The notes: a model not told the origin generated them from the sequence alone. A stretch of 64,000 bases of DNA from Alphaproteobacteria bacterium (GCA_965237415.1 CBDEFM010000001.1:128001-192000); one strand, 5' to 3'. Positions 36,518-50,094 are shown, counted from the stretch's first letter. Numbers and translations are program-made.

Positions 36518-38814
36518 TCAGGCGCTGCCGCCGCCGTTGTCGAGTGCCGCGAGCAACCGCGGCGGGACATCGGGAGGTCGGTCATGCGCACGCCGGTCGC
36601 ACTCTCGATCGCGTTGGCGACCGCCGCCATCGGCGGCACGATCGGCGTCTCGCCGACGCCCCGCACACCATAGGGGTGGTTCGGGTTCGGCACCTCGACG
36701 ATGACCGCGTCGATCATCGGCAGGTCCGAGGCCACCGGCATGCGGTAGTCGAGGAAGCCCGGATTCTCCATCCGGCCATCCTTGTCGTAGATGTACTCCT
36801 CGTTGAGCGCCCAGCCGATTCCCTGTGCGGCGCCGCCCTGGATCTGGCCCTCGACGTAGCTCGGATGCACCGCCTTGCCGGCATCTTGCACGGCCGTGTA
36901 GCGCAGGACGGTGACGCGCCCGGTCTCGCGGTCGACCTCGACGTCGCACACATGGGTGCCGAAGCCGGGGCCTGCCCCTTGCGCGTTGATGGCCGCAGTC
37001 GCCGCGATCGGGCCGCCCGTCTTGCCGGCCTGGGCCGCGATCTCGGCGAGGCTCAGCGGCTCGAAGTCGCCGGCGTTGCTGCCTGATGGCTTGGCGTAGC
37101 CGTCCTCCCACTCCACCGCGTCGACCGGGATATCCCAGATCTTGGCGGCGCGCTCGCGCACCTGCTCGACGACCTTCCCGGCCGCCTCGATGGCCGCCAT
37201 GCCGGTGGCGAAGGTGACCCGGCTGCCGCCGGTGAGGAAGGTGTAGCCGATGGAGTCGGTGTCGGCGACCAGCGGGCGCACCCTCTCCGGCGGGATGCCG
37301 AGGGCTTCCGCCGCCTGCAGCTGGATCGAGGCGCGCGAGCCGCCGATGTCGGGGTTGCCCTCGATCACGGTCGCCGTGCCGTCCTCGTTGATGTTGATGG
37401 TGGCGCAGGACTCGCCGCCGATGTTGAACCAGAAGCCGGTGGCGATTCCCCGCCCCTGGTTGGGGCCGAGCGGCGTATTGTAGTGCTCGCTCTGGCGCGC
37501 GGCCTCCAGCGTCTCGATGCAACCGATCGGCCCGAACTTAGGCCCGTAGAGCGCGCGGGTGCCCTCCGTCGCCGCGTTCATGATGCGGAACTCGGCGGGA
37601 TCGATGTCGAGCTTCTTCGCGATCTCGTCGACCACGGCCTCGGAGGCGAACTCGGAGATCGGCGCCCCCGGCGCGCGGTAGGCGGCCACCTTGGGCCGGT
37701 TCACCACCACGTCGTAGCCCTCGACCTCGGCGTTCTCGATGTCGTAGGGAGCGAAGACGCACATGCAGCCCGGCCCGATCGGCGAGCCGGGGAAGGCGCC
37801 GGCCTGATAGGCGATCCACGCCTTGGCCGCAGTGAGCTTGCCGTCCTTGGTGGCTCCCATCTTGATCGTCATGGCGCCGCCAGAGGTCGGTCCGCTGGCG
37901 CGGAAGACCTCCTCGCGGGACATCACCATCTTGACCGGCCGGCCGGCGATCTGCGAGAGCCGGAGTGCGATCGGCTCCAGATAGACCACGGTCTTGCCGC
38001 CGAAGCCGCCGCCGATCTCGGACGGCGTCACACAGATTTTGCCGATGTCGATGCCGAGCAGGTTGGCGCAGTAGGCGCGCACGGTGAACTGCCCCTGGGT
38101 GCAGCACCAGACCTCGCACTGTCCGTCCTCGCCAGCGCTGGCGACCACCGCGTGCGGCTCGATATAGCCCTGATGCACCGGCTTGGTGGTGAAGGTGCGC
38201 TCCACAATCAGGTCGGCCTGGGCGAACCCCGCCTCAAGATCGCCGCTCGAGAAGTAAATCTTCTTGAAGATGTTCGACGGCGTCTCGGGTGTGGGCTCCA
38301 CGCCCTCGGTGAACATATTGTCATGCAGCACCGGCGCGTCCGGCTTCATCGCCTCGCGCACGTCGATCACGTGCGGCAACACCTCGTAGTCAACCTCGAT
38401 CAGGTCGAGCGCCTGCTTGGCGATGGCCGCCGAGGTCGCCGCCACCGCGGCGACAGCGTGGCCGTCGTAGAGCGCCTTCTCGCGCGCCATCACGTTCTGC
38501 GACATATCGCGGTAGTTGACCGCCACCTCGCCCGCCGGCACCCACTGGTCGGGAATTTCCGGCATCTCGTCGCGGGTGACGATGGCCTTCACGCCGGGGA
38601 GCGCGCGGGCCTTGGAGGTATCGATGGAGAGGATGCGCGCATGCGCGTGGGGGCTCCTGAGAACCCGGCCCACCAGCATGCCTGGCAGCGAGATGTCCGC
38701 GCCGAACTTGGCCCTGCCGGTCACCTTGTCGACGCCGTCGGGGCGCCACGGCCGCGTGCCGACATACTTGAGCGCGCCGTTGCCGTTACCGGTTTTCTTC
38801 GTGGCGGTCGCCAT
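36518..38814 (-). CDS. Xanthine dehydrogenase-family molybdopterin-binding subunit (frameshift near C-terminus)
   Basis: KVTGRA.F, RSPHAHA, GYIEPH, IGGGFGGK, AYRAPG, GVGE; expected end MSPPRLLAALDNGGGSA* lies in a shifted frame near 36565. Confidence 0.88.
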
Positions 38815-38817
38815 GGG

Positions 38818-39294
38818 TTATTCTCCTCTCAGCTCGGCCGCTGTCGTCATCACGGCGCGGATGATCTTGTCATAGCCGGTGCAGCGGCAGAGATTGCCGG
38901 CCAGCCAGTAGCGTGCCTCGGTCTCGGTGGGATTCGGGTTCTCGGCCAGCAGCGCCTTGGCGGCGACGAGGAAGCCCGGCGTGCAGATGCCGCATTGCAG
39001 CGCCGCATCCTCGAGGAACTGGCGCTGCAACGGATGCAGCGTATCGCCCTCGGCCATGCCTTCGATGGTGCCGATCTCGCACCCCTCGGCCTCGGTGCCG
39101 AGCATCAGGCAGGAGCAGATGAGGGTGCCATCCACGGTCACGCTGCAGGCCCCGCAGTCGCCGGTGGCGCAGCCTTCCTTGGTGCCGGTGAGCTCCAGCT
39201 CGTCGCGGAGCACGTCGAGGAGCGTTTGCTCGCCTGAGCAGAGGAACTCCGTCGGCTCGCCGTTGACGCTCATGGTTACATGATACTTGGCCAT
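38818..39294 (-). CDS. XDH-family 2Fe-2S subunit (CoxS-like)
   Basis: GTKEGCATGDCGAC, QCGICTPG, GNLCRCTGY. Confidence 0.93.
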   Translation of the reverse strand: MAKYHVTMSVNGEPTEFLCSGEQTLLDVLRDELELTGTKEGCATGDCGACSVTVDGTLICSCLMLGTEAEGCEIGTIEGMAEGDTLHPLQRQFLEDAALQCGICTPGFLVAAKALLAENPNPTETEARYWLAGNLCRCTGYDKIIRAVMTTAAELRGE

Positions 39295-40166
39295 CAGCCG
39301 TTGCTCCTCGCTCGCTCGAGGGCGATGAGCGCGGCCCGCCTGGCCAGCACTCCCGCCACCTTGACCCGGTATTCGATGGTTCCGCGCTTGTCGTCGATGG
39401 GATTGCAGGCGGCGCTCGCCGCGGCGCTGAGCGCGGCCAGCGCGTCGTCGTCCACCTTGGTGCCGATCAGCGCCTTGGCCCCCTCCTCGACCAGGAGCGG
39501 CCGGGGCGCGACCGCGCCGAGGCTGAGCCTCGCGTGCGTGCAGATGCCCGCCTCGTCCAGGGTGAGCGCGACGCCGACGCCGACTACGGCGATATCCATC
39601 TCGGTGCGCGGGATGAAGCGCAGGTAGGCGTCGCCTGAGCGGGGCGGCGGCTTCGGCATGACGAACGTCACCACGATCTCGCCTGGGCCGAGGGAGAGTT
39701 GGCCGGGGCCGGTCACAACGTCCTCCACCGGCACCGAGCGGGTGCCGCCGGGGCCTGCGATCTCGCACACCGCGCCGGCCGCGATCAGCGCGGGCACGCT
39801 GTCGGCGGCGGGCGAGCCGTTGCAGAGGTTGCCACCGAGCGAGGCACGGCCCTGAATCTGGGTCGAGCCGATCAGCTCCAGCGCTTCCACCACCCCTGGC
39901 CATGCCGCTTTCACGGCCTCGTTCTTGCCGAGCGTCGCACCGGAGACCGCCGCGCCGACGCGGATTTCCGCGCCGTTCACCGTTACATCCATCAGTGCCG
40001 GGATGCGCTTCAGATCGACGATCAGACCGGGCCGCACGAAGTCCGTGCGCAGCTGAACCAGGAGGTCAGTGCCGCCGGCGAGCGCTTTGGCCTCGCCGTC
40101 GGCGTTGGCGAGAAGCCGGACGGCGTCCTCCACCGTCTCAGGCGCCTCGAATCGTAGACTGGTCAT
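39294..40166 (-). CDS. XDH-family FAD-binding subunit (CoxM-like)
   Basis: AGGTDL, ASLGGNLCNGSPAAD, DDKRGT..YR. Confidence 0.92.
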   Translation of the reverse strand: MTSLRFEAPETVEDAVRLLANADGEAKALAGGTDLLVQLRTDFVRPGLIVDLKRIPALMDVTVNGAEIRVGAAVSGATLGKNEAVKAAWPGVVEALELIGSTQIQGRASLGGNLCNGSPAADSVPALIAAGAVCEIAGPGGTRSVPVEDVVTGPGQLSLGPGEIVVTFVMPKPPPRSGDAYLRFIPRTEMDIAVVGVGVALTLDEAGICTHARLSLGAVAPRPLLVEEGAKALIGTKVDDDALAALSAAASAACNPIDDKRGTIEYRVKVAGVLARRAALIALERARSNG

Positions 40167-40344
40167 GTGCGAGGGGTTCCTCCTGTTGGCGCAGCAGCGT
40201 GTTGGCGCCCTCTTTTACCCGAAAAGGCGGGCCGGTTCACAGGGGCAAAATGGCGAGCCATATCGCGGTTACACATGGCGCACGCGGCGTGGCACAATCC
40301 GGGAGCCTGACGCCGAGAGCGCGGGAGAGTGAGAGCCCGGCCCC

Positions 40345-42489
<2,145 letters not shown>

Positions 42490-42645
42490 CCCGGACCATT
42501 CACCACGGTCACGGCCTGCGTCGCGCCGGAAGTCCCCAAGACCACAATCGATACGTTACCAGGGCGGAGCAGGCGTCTTGACCTCCCGCGGGATCGCGAC
42601 ACAAGGTCGGCGCCGGTCCGGCAAGTGCGAGCTGGGAGACTCCCG

Positions 42646-43041
42646 ATGGCACCACCGATCTTTCATATGGCCGCCGGCGCACCGACGCCTGTCGCGCCCT
42701 TCAGCCACGCGGTCGAAGCGGACGGCTGGGTGTTCGTCACCGGTCAAATGCCCAACGACCCCAACGACGAGGCCGCTCCGCTACCTGACGGCATCGAGGG
42801 CCAGACCCGCAACGTCATGGCCAATCTGAAGACCGTGCTCGCCTCCCTCGGCCTCGGGCTTGAGCACGTGATCGTCGCACGGGTCTATCTCACGCACTTC
42901 AAGGAGGATTATGCGGCGATGAACGCGGTCTACGAGACCTATTTCGATCCTGAGCGGCGGCCGGCGCGCACGTGCGTCGGTGTCACCGGGCTCGCCCTCG
43001 ATGCCCGTGTCGAGATCGATCTACTGGCACGACGGCCGTGA
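42646..43041 (+). CDS. RidA/YjgF-family protein
   Basis: APFSHAV, FVTGQ, MNAVY..YF....PARTCVGV, VEID. Confidence 0.9.
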   Translation: MAPPIFHMAAGAPTPVAPFSHAVEADGWVFVTGQMPNDPNDEAAPLPDGIEGQTRNVMANLKTVLASLGLGLEHVIVARVYLTHFKEDYAAMNAVYETYFDPERRPARTCVGVTGLALDARVEIDLLARRP

Positions 43042-43146
43042 CCGTGGTGACAATTCCGGGCTAATGCCGGGAGCCCGCGCCAGCGCGGACTAAACTCTCC
43101 GAAACACCCGCAACCCTCGGAAATGAGCATGTGAGTCAAAACAATA

Positions 43147-43330
43147 CCTGCTTATCCATGAAAGTCCGCTCACCGATGCCTTGTTCCTGCTCGTGTCTAA
43201 GTCCGACGAGGTCACAACGACGTAGGCGGGAGTTGCACGGTGCGGACTCGGATATGGCACAGCGACTGGAAACCGCGATGGCTCATACGTTGCGTCTCGG
43301 CAGCCTTGCTGAGCTTCAGGGATAAGCAGA
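43147..43330 (-). mobile_element. 184-bp MITE, family B, copy 2
   Basis: Near-identical reverse complement of 33694-33877; own 8-bp TSD AAACAATA (43139-46, 43331-38); two substitutions in one TIR. Confidence 0.9.
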
Positions 43331-43431
43331 AAACAATATATGACACACCCGAAGACACGCCCTCGGAGCCCGCGGTGACGACGCGACTGAGTGTTTCGAT
43401 TTTCGAACGAATGGACCCAGTGTAACCGGGT

Positions 43432-45110
43432 TCAATCAGGAATGCCTTTTCGAATACCATTCATGACCCAGTTCGTGATCTCCCCGACAAAATCCCAGAC
43501 ATCGCCAGCACTCCGCTGACAATACCCTTGAGCATTCGGGTCGTCGCCCATTTCCTCGAAGACACTCAAAAGCCATCGTGACTTAGTTCTATCCACATTA
43601 AGTTCAGAAAGCCACGATTCTAGCTCACCCTTTTTGACGATAAAGATCCCGTACTCAGATAGTTGACGAAAGAGATTACGACATGCTTCTTGATCACTAG
43701 GGCAAAGAAGGTCAATACCACCTTCCCTCTTCATATCCCTTCCGGTCGCGTTAAAGGTCTGGAGCAAAGATTTTCGCTCTGCTTGCAAAGCGGTGTGGCT
43801 TAACGGAGGAATAAAAGCACCATCTAGAGGCTTTTTCCAAACGGCTCCACCTTCCTTCAGTATGTCAATGTCGACAACACCAGCCGCTGGAATACCGAGC
43901 TCGCGAAGTGGCTTTACTATGTCCCACACAGTCTGCTTGTTTTGCGCGTTCAGGAATAGACAGCCACCTATTCCTCTTCGGTCATTCACGGCGAGCAATC
44001 GTTCATTTATCTCCTGATAAAACGCCCGATCAGCGTCAGACTCAGTCACCACTACAGCGTTATAGAATAGTGCGTTCAGCACTCCCACAGAGCGCAATAA
44101 TGGGTTCCGCATCAGTGGCACAATGTTTTCTCTCTTTAGCAATCTGGCCGTGGCTATCTCGTCGTCATAAGTCAGACGCACGATGTTTACGCCAACACCA
44201 GACTGCACACAACCCATGAGAAAACTTGCACTATGTGTGGATACAAAGACGCGCTTTCTTGCTCCCAATGCCGCGGCGACCTCTCTGCCGAGACGGTCAC
44301 TCAGAGAAGGGTGCAAAAAGGCCTCTGGCTCGTCGATTATCGTTATCTTTGGATCGCCTGAGATAATGGTAGACAACATGCCTACGAATGCCTTGACTCC
44401 GTCACTAGCATCAGTAATCGGCATAGCTGCTTGGTGAAACATCTGGGCTCTCGAATCCCAACCTTTCTCTTCGCGTTCATCAGCTGGGGCTCGAGATGAC
44501 AAGCGAAAACGAAGTTCTCCAATATTAGTTGGATCCACGACGAGATGTTTACCAAATGCATCGCGCACAATCTTTCTGAGTTTTGAGCGTGCGGCGTTGT
44601 TAACAAATAGATGTGCAAGGTGATTCGGAGCGGTGTCGAGGAGATCTCCCGATTTCTGAAGGTTAGCTAGTGCCAGCCTATTCGTACCATCAAGTTTAAG
44701 GGTGAATAATGAAAGGAATGGCGCATAGCGGTGTCGTAACGAATCGGGTTCTTCGCTTCTTGTAGCAAACTGGGCTTGTGTATCTGCATTCTAACTGGCG
44801 AATTATTTTGTGGATGAAGTGTGCCAATCAATACGTGATCTGGATTCAAGACTTCGTTTAGTTTGGGCTCTATCTCCAGTTCGTTAATAGCTTCCTCGAT
44901 GCCTGCATTTGTCCAAGCCTCAAACTTGATCGATTTGATCACCAATCCATTTAGTGGCTTCGGGCTTTTAATCCAGTTCTCGATCTCCTGTAGTGCGCGA
45001 GACTTGCCGCTGTTGTTAGGACCAACGAACACAGTAACCGAAGTTAACTCCACCTCAAGTGGTGGCTGTGTGGGCGTTGATCCGGCCTCCATCGTAATAC
45101 GGTTGAGCAC
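43432..45110 (-). pseudogene. ABC-type ATPase + TOPRIM (OLD-like) nuclease, frameshifted, low-GC islet
   Basis: Walker A GPNNSGKS, SDG, IIDEPEAFLHP, STHS, VVTESDAD, DID; frames join near 44745 (NP to LRHRYAPFL...KLDG). Confidence 0.75.
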
Positions 45111-45445
45111 TGGTGTATCCCTTCCAAAACTTCCGAACCCAGGTTCACTTGATGACCAATCGCGGCCACCCATTAGCATACCAAGTATTACAGTCCAAGG
45201 CGATCCGGCCGGAATTGAGCAATCTACTTGGCGATGTGTTCTCTTTGTCAAGCCGGTTCGGCGATTGGGGCTGTTGTTCGGCCCGAGGAATTGACGCGGA
45301 TTAGAATGCGAACTCAATGAGATAGTTAGATTGTGAGAGGTCAAAGTTGTACGCCGAATGGCATCCGAGCGCGCAACGTGGCCTAATAGCGCCTGCAACG
45401 CGACTTCGGAGTGGCTGCACGCCGGTCAGAGGCCGCGTAGCACCG

Positions 45446-45558
45446 CCTCCTTACACCGGCCCTCTCCTCTCAGAGGTGGAGGAGAGGGTGAGAACGCCGG
45501 CGCCGCCTGCATTCGCTTTCCGTCCCTCAGAGGGGAGACGGGCAGGGAGAGGTGAGGG
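45446..45558. repeat. REP-like double palindrome (CCCTCTCC...GGAGAGGG type)
   Basis: Hairpin ccctctcct-N11-aggagaggg (45460-88) and a second degenerate hairpin near 45520-45542. Confidence 0.5.
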
Positions 45559-45670
45559 CGGCGCGAACGGCGGCATTTGAACCGGCGTCGCTTCGTGCTT
45601 ATGTGACACGCGCACGTAACGCGCTCCGAGCCTCGCCGCCGGCGGGGCCAACGATCAGAACCACGGCTCC

Positions 45671-47563
45671 ATGGTAGCTCTCGATCGCGAGCCCCGCGTG
45701 CAGGCTGCGGGGGAACGCTCGCACCTGCACACGATTCGCACGCTGCTGCCCTATCTCTGGCCGCGCGGCTCGCTCGAGATGCGGAGCCGCGTGGTGCTCG
45801 CCATCATCCTGCTCATCAGCGCCAAGATCGCCAACGTCTACGTGCCGATCCTATACAAGGATGCGGTCGACATCCTCTCGGACCACACGGCGGCGGTCAT
45901 CGTCGTACCGGTGGCGATCCTGCTTGCCTATGGCGCGCTCAGGGTGCTCACGGTCGCCTTCGGGGAGCTCAGGGATGCGGTCTTCGCCAAGGTCGGCGAG
46001 CGGGCGATCCGCACCGTTGCGCTGCGGATCTTCAATCACCTGCACGAGCTCTCGCTCCGCTTCCATATCGAGCGGCGCACCGGGGGCCTCAGCCGAGCCA
46101 TCGAACGCGGCATCAAGGGGATCGAGTTCCTGCTCACCTTCATGTTGTTCAACGTGCTGCCGACCCTGGTGGAGGTCACCATGGTCTGCGGCATCCTCTG
46201 GTTCCTCTACGGCATCGCCTACGCGGCGGTGACCTTCGTCACCATCGGCTTCTATATCGCCTTCACCCTCACGGTCACCGAATGGCGGCTGAAATACCGG
46301 CGGCGCATGAACGAGCGGGATAGCGAGGCCAACACCAAGGCGATCGACAGCCTGCTCAACTACGAGACGGTCAAGTACTTCGGCAACGAGGGGCACGAGG
46401 CGCGGCGCTTCGATGTCTCGCGCCGGCTCTACGAGCAGGCGGCGGTAAAGAGCAAGACCAGCCTTTCGCTGCTGAACATCGGCCAGGGGCTCATCATCGC
46501 GATCGGGCTCACCGGCATCACGATCATGGCGGGCAACGAGGTCGCCGCCGGCACCATGACCATCGGGGACTTCGTTCTGGTCAACACCTATCTGCTTCAG
46601 CTCTACATCCCGCTCAACTTCCTGGGCTTCGTCTATCGCGAGATCAAGCAATCCCTCACCGACATGGAGTCGATGTTCGGCATTCTCTCGGTGGAGCGCG
46701 AGGTCGAGGACGCACCCGACGCGCCGCCGCTCCGTGTCACGGCCGGCGCCATCGAGTTCGAGGATGTGCGCTTCCGCTACGAGGAGCGCCGGGGCATCCT
46801 CGACGGCATCTCGTTCAGCGTCCCGCCCGGCACCACCACGGCCATCGTGGGCGCGAGCGGCGCGGGCAAGTCAACCATCTCGCGCATCCTCTTCCGCTTC
46901 TACGACATCGAGTCCGGCAGCGTCAGGATCGACGGCCAGGACGTGCGCGCGGTGAGTCAGAAGAGCCTGCGCGCGGCCATCGGCATCGTTCCGCAGGACA
47001 CGGTGCTCTTCAACGACACGATCTATTACAACATCGCCTATGGCCGGCCCGAGGCGAGCCGGGAGGAGGTGGAGGAGGCGGCCCGCCTCGCCCGCATCCA
47101 CGACTTCATCGAGAGCCTGCCGGATGGCTACGAAAGCATGGTCGGCGAACGCGGCCTCAAGCTCTCGGGCGGCGAGAAGCAGCGGGTGGCCATCGCGCGC
47201 ACGATCCTCAAGAATCCCCGTATTCTCCTGTTCGACGAGGCCACCTCGGCCCTCGATTCACAAACCGAGAAGGAGATTCAGGCGAGCCTGCGGGAGGTCA
47301 GCCGCGACCGCTCCACCCTGATGATCGCGCACCGCCTGTCCACGGTCATAGACGCCGACCAGATCCTCGTGCTGGACGCAGGCCGCATCGTCGAGCACGG
47401 GCGCCATGCCGAGCTGCTCGTGCGCGACGGCCGCTACGCCGACATGTGGTGGCGCCAGCAGGAGACCGCCGAGCTTAGGGAAGAGCTTGCCCAAAGGCTT
47501 GCCGTCGAAGAGAGCGAGGGCGCAGAGACGACGCTTGCGCCCGACGAGGCCCTCACGCCATGA
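45671..47563 (+). CDS. ABCB-family exporter, Atm1/HMT1-like
   Basis: LSLRFH..R.TGG, DSLLNYETVKYF, GASGAGKS, LSGGEKQR, DEATSALD. Confidence 0.93.
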   Translation: MVALDREPRVQAAGERSHLHTIRTLLPYLWPRGSLEMRSRVVLAIILLISAKIANVYVPILYKDAVDILSDHTAAVIVVPVAILLAYGALRVLTVAFGELRDAVFAKVGERAIRTVALRIFNHLHELSLRFHIERRTGGLSRAIERGIKGIEFLLTFMLFNVLPTLVEVTMVCGILWFLYGIAYAAVTFVTIGFYIAFTLTVTEWRLKYRRRMNERDSEANTKAIDSLLNYETVKYFGNEGHEARRFDVSRRLYEQAAVKSKTSLSLLNIGQGLIIAIGLTGITIMAGNEVAAGTMTIGDFVLVNTYLLQLYIPLNFLGFVYREIKQSLTDMESMFGILSVEREVEDAPDAPPLRVTAGAIEFEDVRFRYEERRGILDGISFSVPPGTTTAIVGASGAGKSTISRILFRFYDIESGSVRIDGQDVRAVSQKSLRAAIGIVPQDTVLFNDTIYYNIAYGRPEASREEVEEAARLARIHDFIESLPDGYESMVGERGLKLSGGEKQRVAIARTILKNPRILLFDEATSALDSQTEKEIQASLREVSRDRSTLMIAHRLSTVIDADQILVLDAGRIVEHGRHAELLVRDGRYADMWWRQQETAELREELAQRLAVEESEGAETTLAPDEALTP

Positions 47564-48558
47564 CGAGCGGCGGGCACACGGCTGGTCGGGTTCCGACAGT
47601 CGCCGACATCCTCGCAGGCGACCGCCGCGCGCTGGCCGCCGCGATCACCCTCATCGAATCGACGCGGGAGGAAGACCGCGAACCGGCCGAGGCATTGCTC
47701 CAGGCGTTGCTGCCGCACGCGGGCAAGGCCGTCAGGCTCGGCATCTCGGGCGCGCCGGGGGTCGGCAAGTCGACCTTCATCGAGGCGCTCGGCACGCGCG
47801 CCATCGCGGCCGGCCGGCGGCTCGCGGTGCTCGCGATCGACCCCTCCAGCGAGCGATCCGGCGGCTCGATCCTGGGCGACAAGACCCGGATGCCGGAGCT
47901 CGCGCGGAGCGAGAGGAGCTTCATCCGCGCCTCGCCGACGGGCGGCACCCTCGGCGGCGTCGCCCGGCGCACGCGCGATGCGATGATCGCCTGCGAGGCG
48001 GCAGGCTTCGACCTCGTGGTGGTGGAGACCGTCGGCGTCGGCCAGTCCGAGGCCGCCGTCGCCGACATGGTGGATCTGTTCATGCTCCTGGTGCAGCCCG
48101 GCGCCGGCGACGAATTGCAAGGCATCAAGCGGGGCGTGGTGGAGCGCGCCGATATCGTCGTCGTCACCAAGGCCGACGGCGCGCTCGAAGGGCCGGCCGC
48201 CCACGCCAAGGCCGACTTCGAGGCTGCGCTCTCGCTCCACTCAAGCGAAGGGCCGTGGACACCTTGCGTCATCGCCTGCTCGTCGGTCGAAGGCCACGGC
48301 CTCGATGAGATCGCGGATGCGGTGGAACGGCATCGGGCAGCGATGGCCGAGGCTGGCGCGCTGGAGGCCAAACGGGTCGCCCAGGCGAGCGCATGGCTCT
48401 GGCGCGAGGTCGAGGCCTCGCTGATCGCAGCACTCCGCGCCGACGAGAGGCTTGCACCCGCGGTCGCAGCGCTTGAGGCCGAAGTTACAGCGCAAGCGTT
48501 GACCCCCACCGCCGCCGCCCGCCGCATCGTCCTGCGCATCCTGGCACGCGGCGACTGA
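47560..48558 (+). CDS. meaB: Methylmalonyl-CoA mutase-associated GTPase MeaB
   Basis: GAPGVGKST, DPSS..SGGSILGDKTRM, ETVGVGQSE, GDELQGIK. Confidence 0.95.
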   Translation: MTSGGHTAGRVPTVADILAGDRRALAAAITLIESTREEDREPAEALLQALLPHAGKAVRLGISGAPGVGKSTFIEALGTRAIAAGRRLAVLAIDPSSERSGGSILGDKTRMPELARSERSFIRASPTGGTLGGVARRTRDAMIACEAAGFDLVVVETVGVGQSEAAVADMVDLFMLLVQPGAGDELQGIKRGVVERADIVVVTKADGALEGPAAHAKADFEAALSLHSSEGPWTPCVIACSSVEGHGLDEIADAVERHRAAMAEAGALEAKRVAQASAWLWREVEASLIAALRADERLAPAVAALEAEVTAQALTPTAAARRIVLRILARGD

Positions 48559-48616
48559 AATGCGCGAAGGCGGAACCCCGAGACAAATTGACCCCAAGAG
48601 AACAAAGTTGGGTGCG

Positions 48617-50065
48617 ATGAACCAGGATTTGTGGAGCCGGAGCGCGGTCGAGCTCGCCGCGATGATTCGGGCGCGCGAGGTGTCGTGCGTCGAGGTGACG
48701 GAATCGGTGCTGGGGCGCATCGCCCAGCACAACGGGCGCATAAACGCGATCGTCGTCGACTGCGGCGAGGACGCGTTGCGCGCCGCCGAACAGAAGGACC
48801 GGGAGGCCGATGGTGGCGGTGCAGCCCTCGGGCCGTTGCACGGGGTCCCCGTCACCATCAAGGAAAATATCGACGTCGCCGGGCAGGCAACCCCGAACGG
48901 TCTGCCCGCCTACGCGGATCTCATCGCGCCGGACCACTCCCCGGTGACGCGCAACCTGCTCGACGCCGGTGCGATCATCGTGGGGCGCACCAATACTCCG
49001 GAGCTTTCGATGCGCGGGACCACGGACAACCCGCTGCGCGGCCGAACCCTCAATCCCTGGAACGACGAGGCCTCGCCAGGCGGATCGTCCGGCGGAGCGT
49101 CGGCAGCCGCGGCAATGGGGTTCGGGCCGATTCACCACGGCAACGACATCGGCGGGTCGCTGCGCTTTCCCTCCTTCGCGTGCGGACTGGCGACGGTGAA
49201 GCCCACGCTCGGGCGAGTGCCCGCTTACAACCCGAGTGCGTCGGCCGAGCGCGGCCTTCTCGCCCAGCTCAGTTCCGTCCAGGGCGCGATTTGCCGCGAG
49301 GTGCGGGACGTGCGGCTCGCGACGCGGGTGCTCGCAGGCGGCGATCCGCGCGATCCGTGGTGGGTGCCGGTCCCCTTTGACGGACCCGCGCTAGATCCTC
49401 CCATAGAGGTGGCGGTCACGAGCGAGGCGCACGGCTATCCAATCAATCCGCAGATCCTCGCCGGCATCGAGCGGGCGGCGGACGTGCTGAGCGATGCGGG
49501 CTACGCGGTGGAGCGCGTGGCGACCCCGTCGATCATGAAGCCCGCGCAGGCGTGGTTCGACGTGCTCGCAAGCGAGATCGCCTACTTCCTGGGCCCGGTC
49601 GCGCGCGAGCACGGCAGCGAAACCGTCCAAACCATCTTCGAGCACTACCAGCGCATCGGAAAGCCGGTCGATCCGGCCGGATACCGCCAGGCCATCGCCG
49701 ATCGCACCGCGCTGACCCGCGAGTGGAACGTCTTCCTCGACCGCTATCCGCTGGTGCTCTGCCCCTTCCTGATGCGCTCGATGTACGCGTGGGACTACGA
49801 CGCGCAGGGGTTCGAGCAGGTGAAGGACCTCTTCATATCCGCGATCTACAGCACCGGCGTCAACTACCTCAGCCTGCCGGCGGGTGTTGTGCCTATCGGC
49901 TTCGCGGACGATTTGCCGGCGGGGGTGCAGATCGTCGGACGCCGGTACCGCGAAGACCTGATACTCGACGCGATGGAGGCGATCGAAGCCTCCGTCGGTA
50001 TCCTCGCCCACACGCTGTGGGAGCGCGAGGGGGGCGCGCCACCGGACCCTGCGTCCCACGCCTAA
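48617..50065 (+). CDS. Amidase signature family protein
   Basis: GPLHGVPVTIKE, GGSSGG, NDIGGSLR. Confidence 0.9.
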   Translation: MNQDLWSRSAVELAAMIRAREVSCVEVTESVLGRIAQHNGRINAIVVDCGEDALRAAEQKDREADGGGAALGPLHGVPVTIKENIDVAGQATPNGLPAYADLIAPDHSPVTRNLLDAGAIIVGRTNTPELSMRGTTDNPLRGRTLNPWNDEASPGGSSGGASAAAAMGFGPIHHGNDIGGSLRFPSFACGLATVKPTLGRVPAYNPSASAERGLLAQLSSVQGAICREVRDVRLATRVLAGGDPRDPWWVPVPFDGPALDPPIEVAVTSEAHGYPINPQILAGIERAADVLSDAGYAVERVATPSIMKPAQAWFDVLASEIAYFLGPVAREHGSETVQTIFEHYQRIGKPVDPAGYRQAIADRTALTREWNVFLDRYPLVLCPFLMRSMYAWDYDAQGFEQVKDLFISAIYSTGVNYLSLPAGVVPIGFADDLPAGVQIVGRRYREDLILDAMEAIEASVGILAHTLWEREGGAPPDPASHA

Positions 50066-50094
50066 CGCGCATTTCTCACCTGAGTCCGGGTCGT

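Noticed and set aside
36518-40166. Aerobic CO dehydrogenase coxMSL
   Set aside because: Active-site loop is AYRAPG, not AYxCSFR (form I) or AYxGAGR (form II); kept as a generic XDH-family enzyme.
43131-43460. Small ORFs repeated at 33699-33880 and 43131-43460
   Set aside because: They are translations of the 184-bp MITE, not genes.
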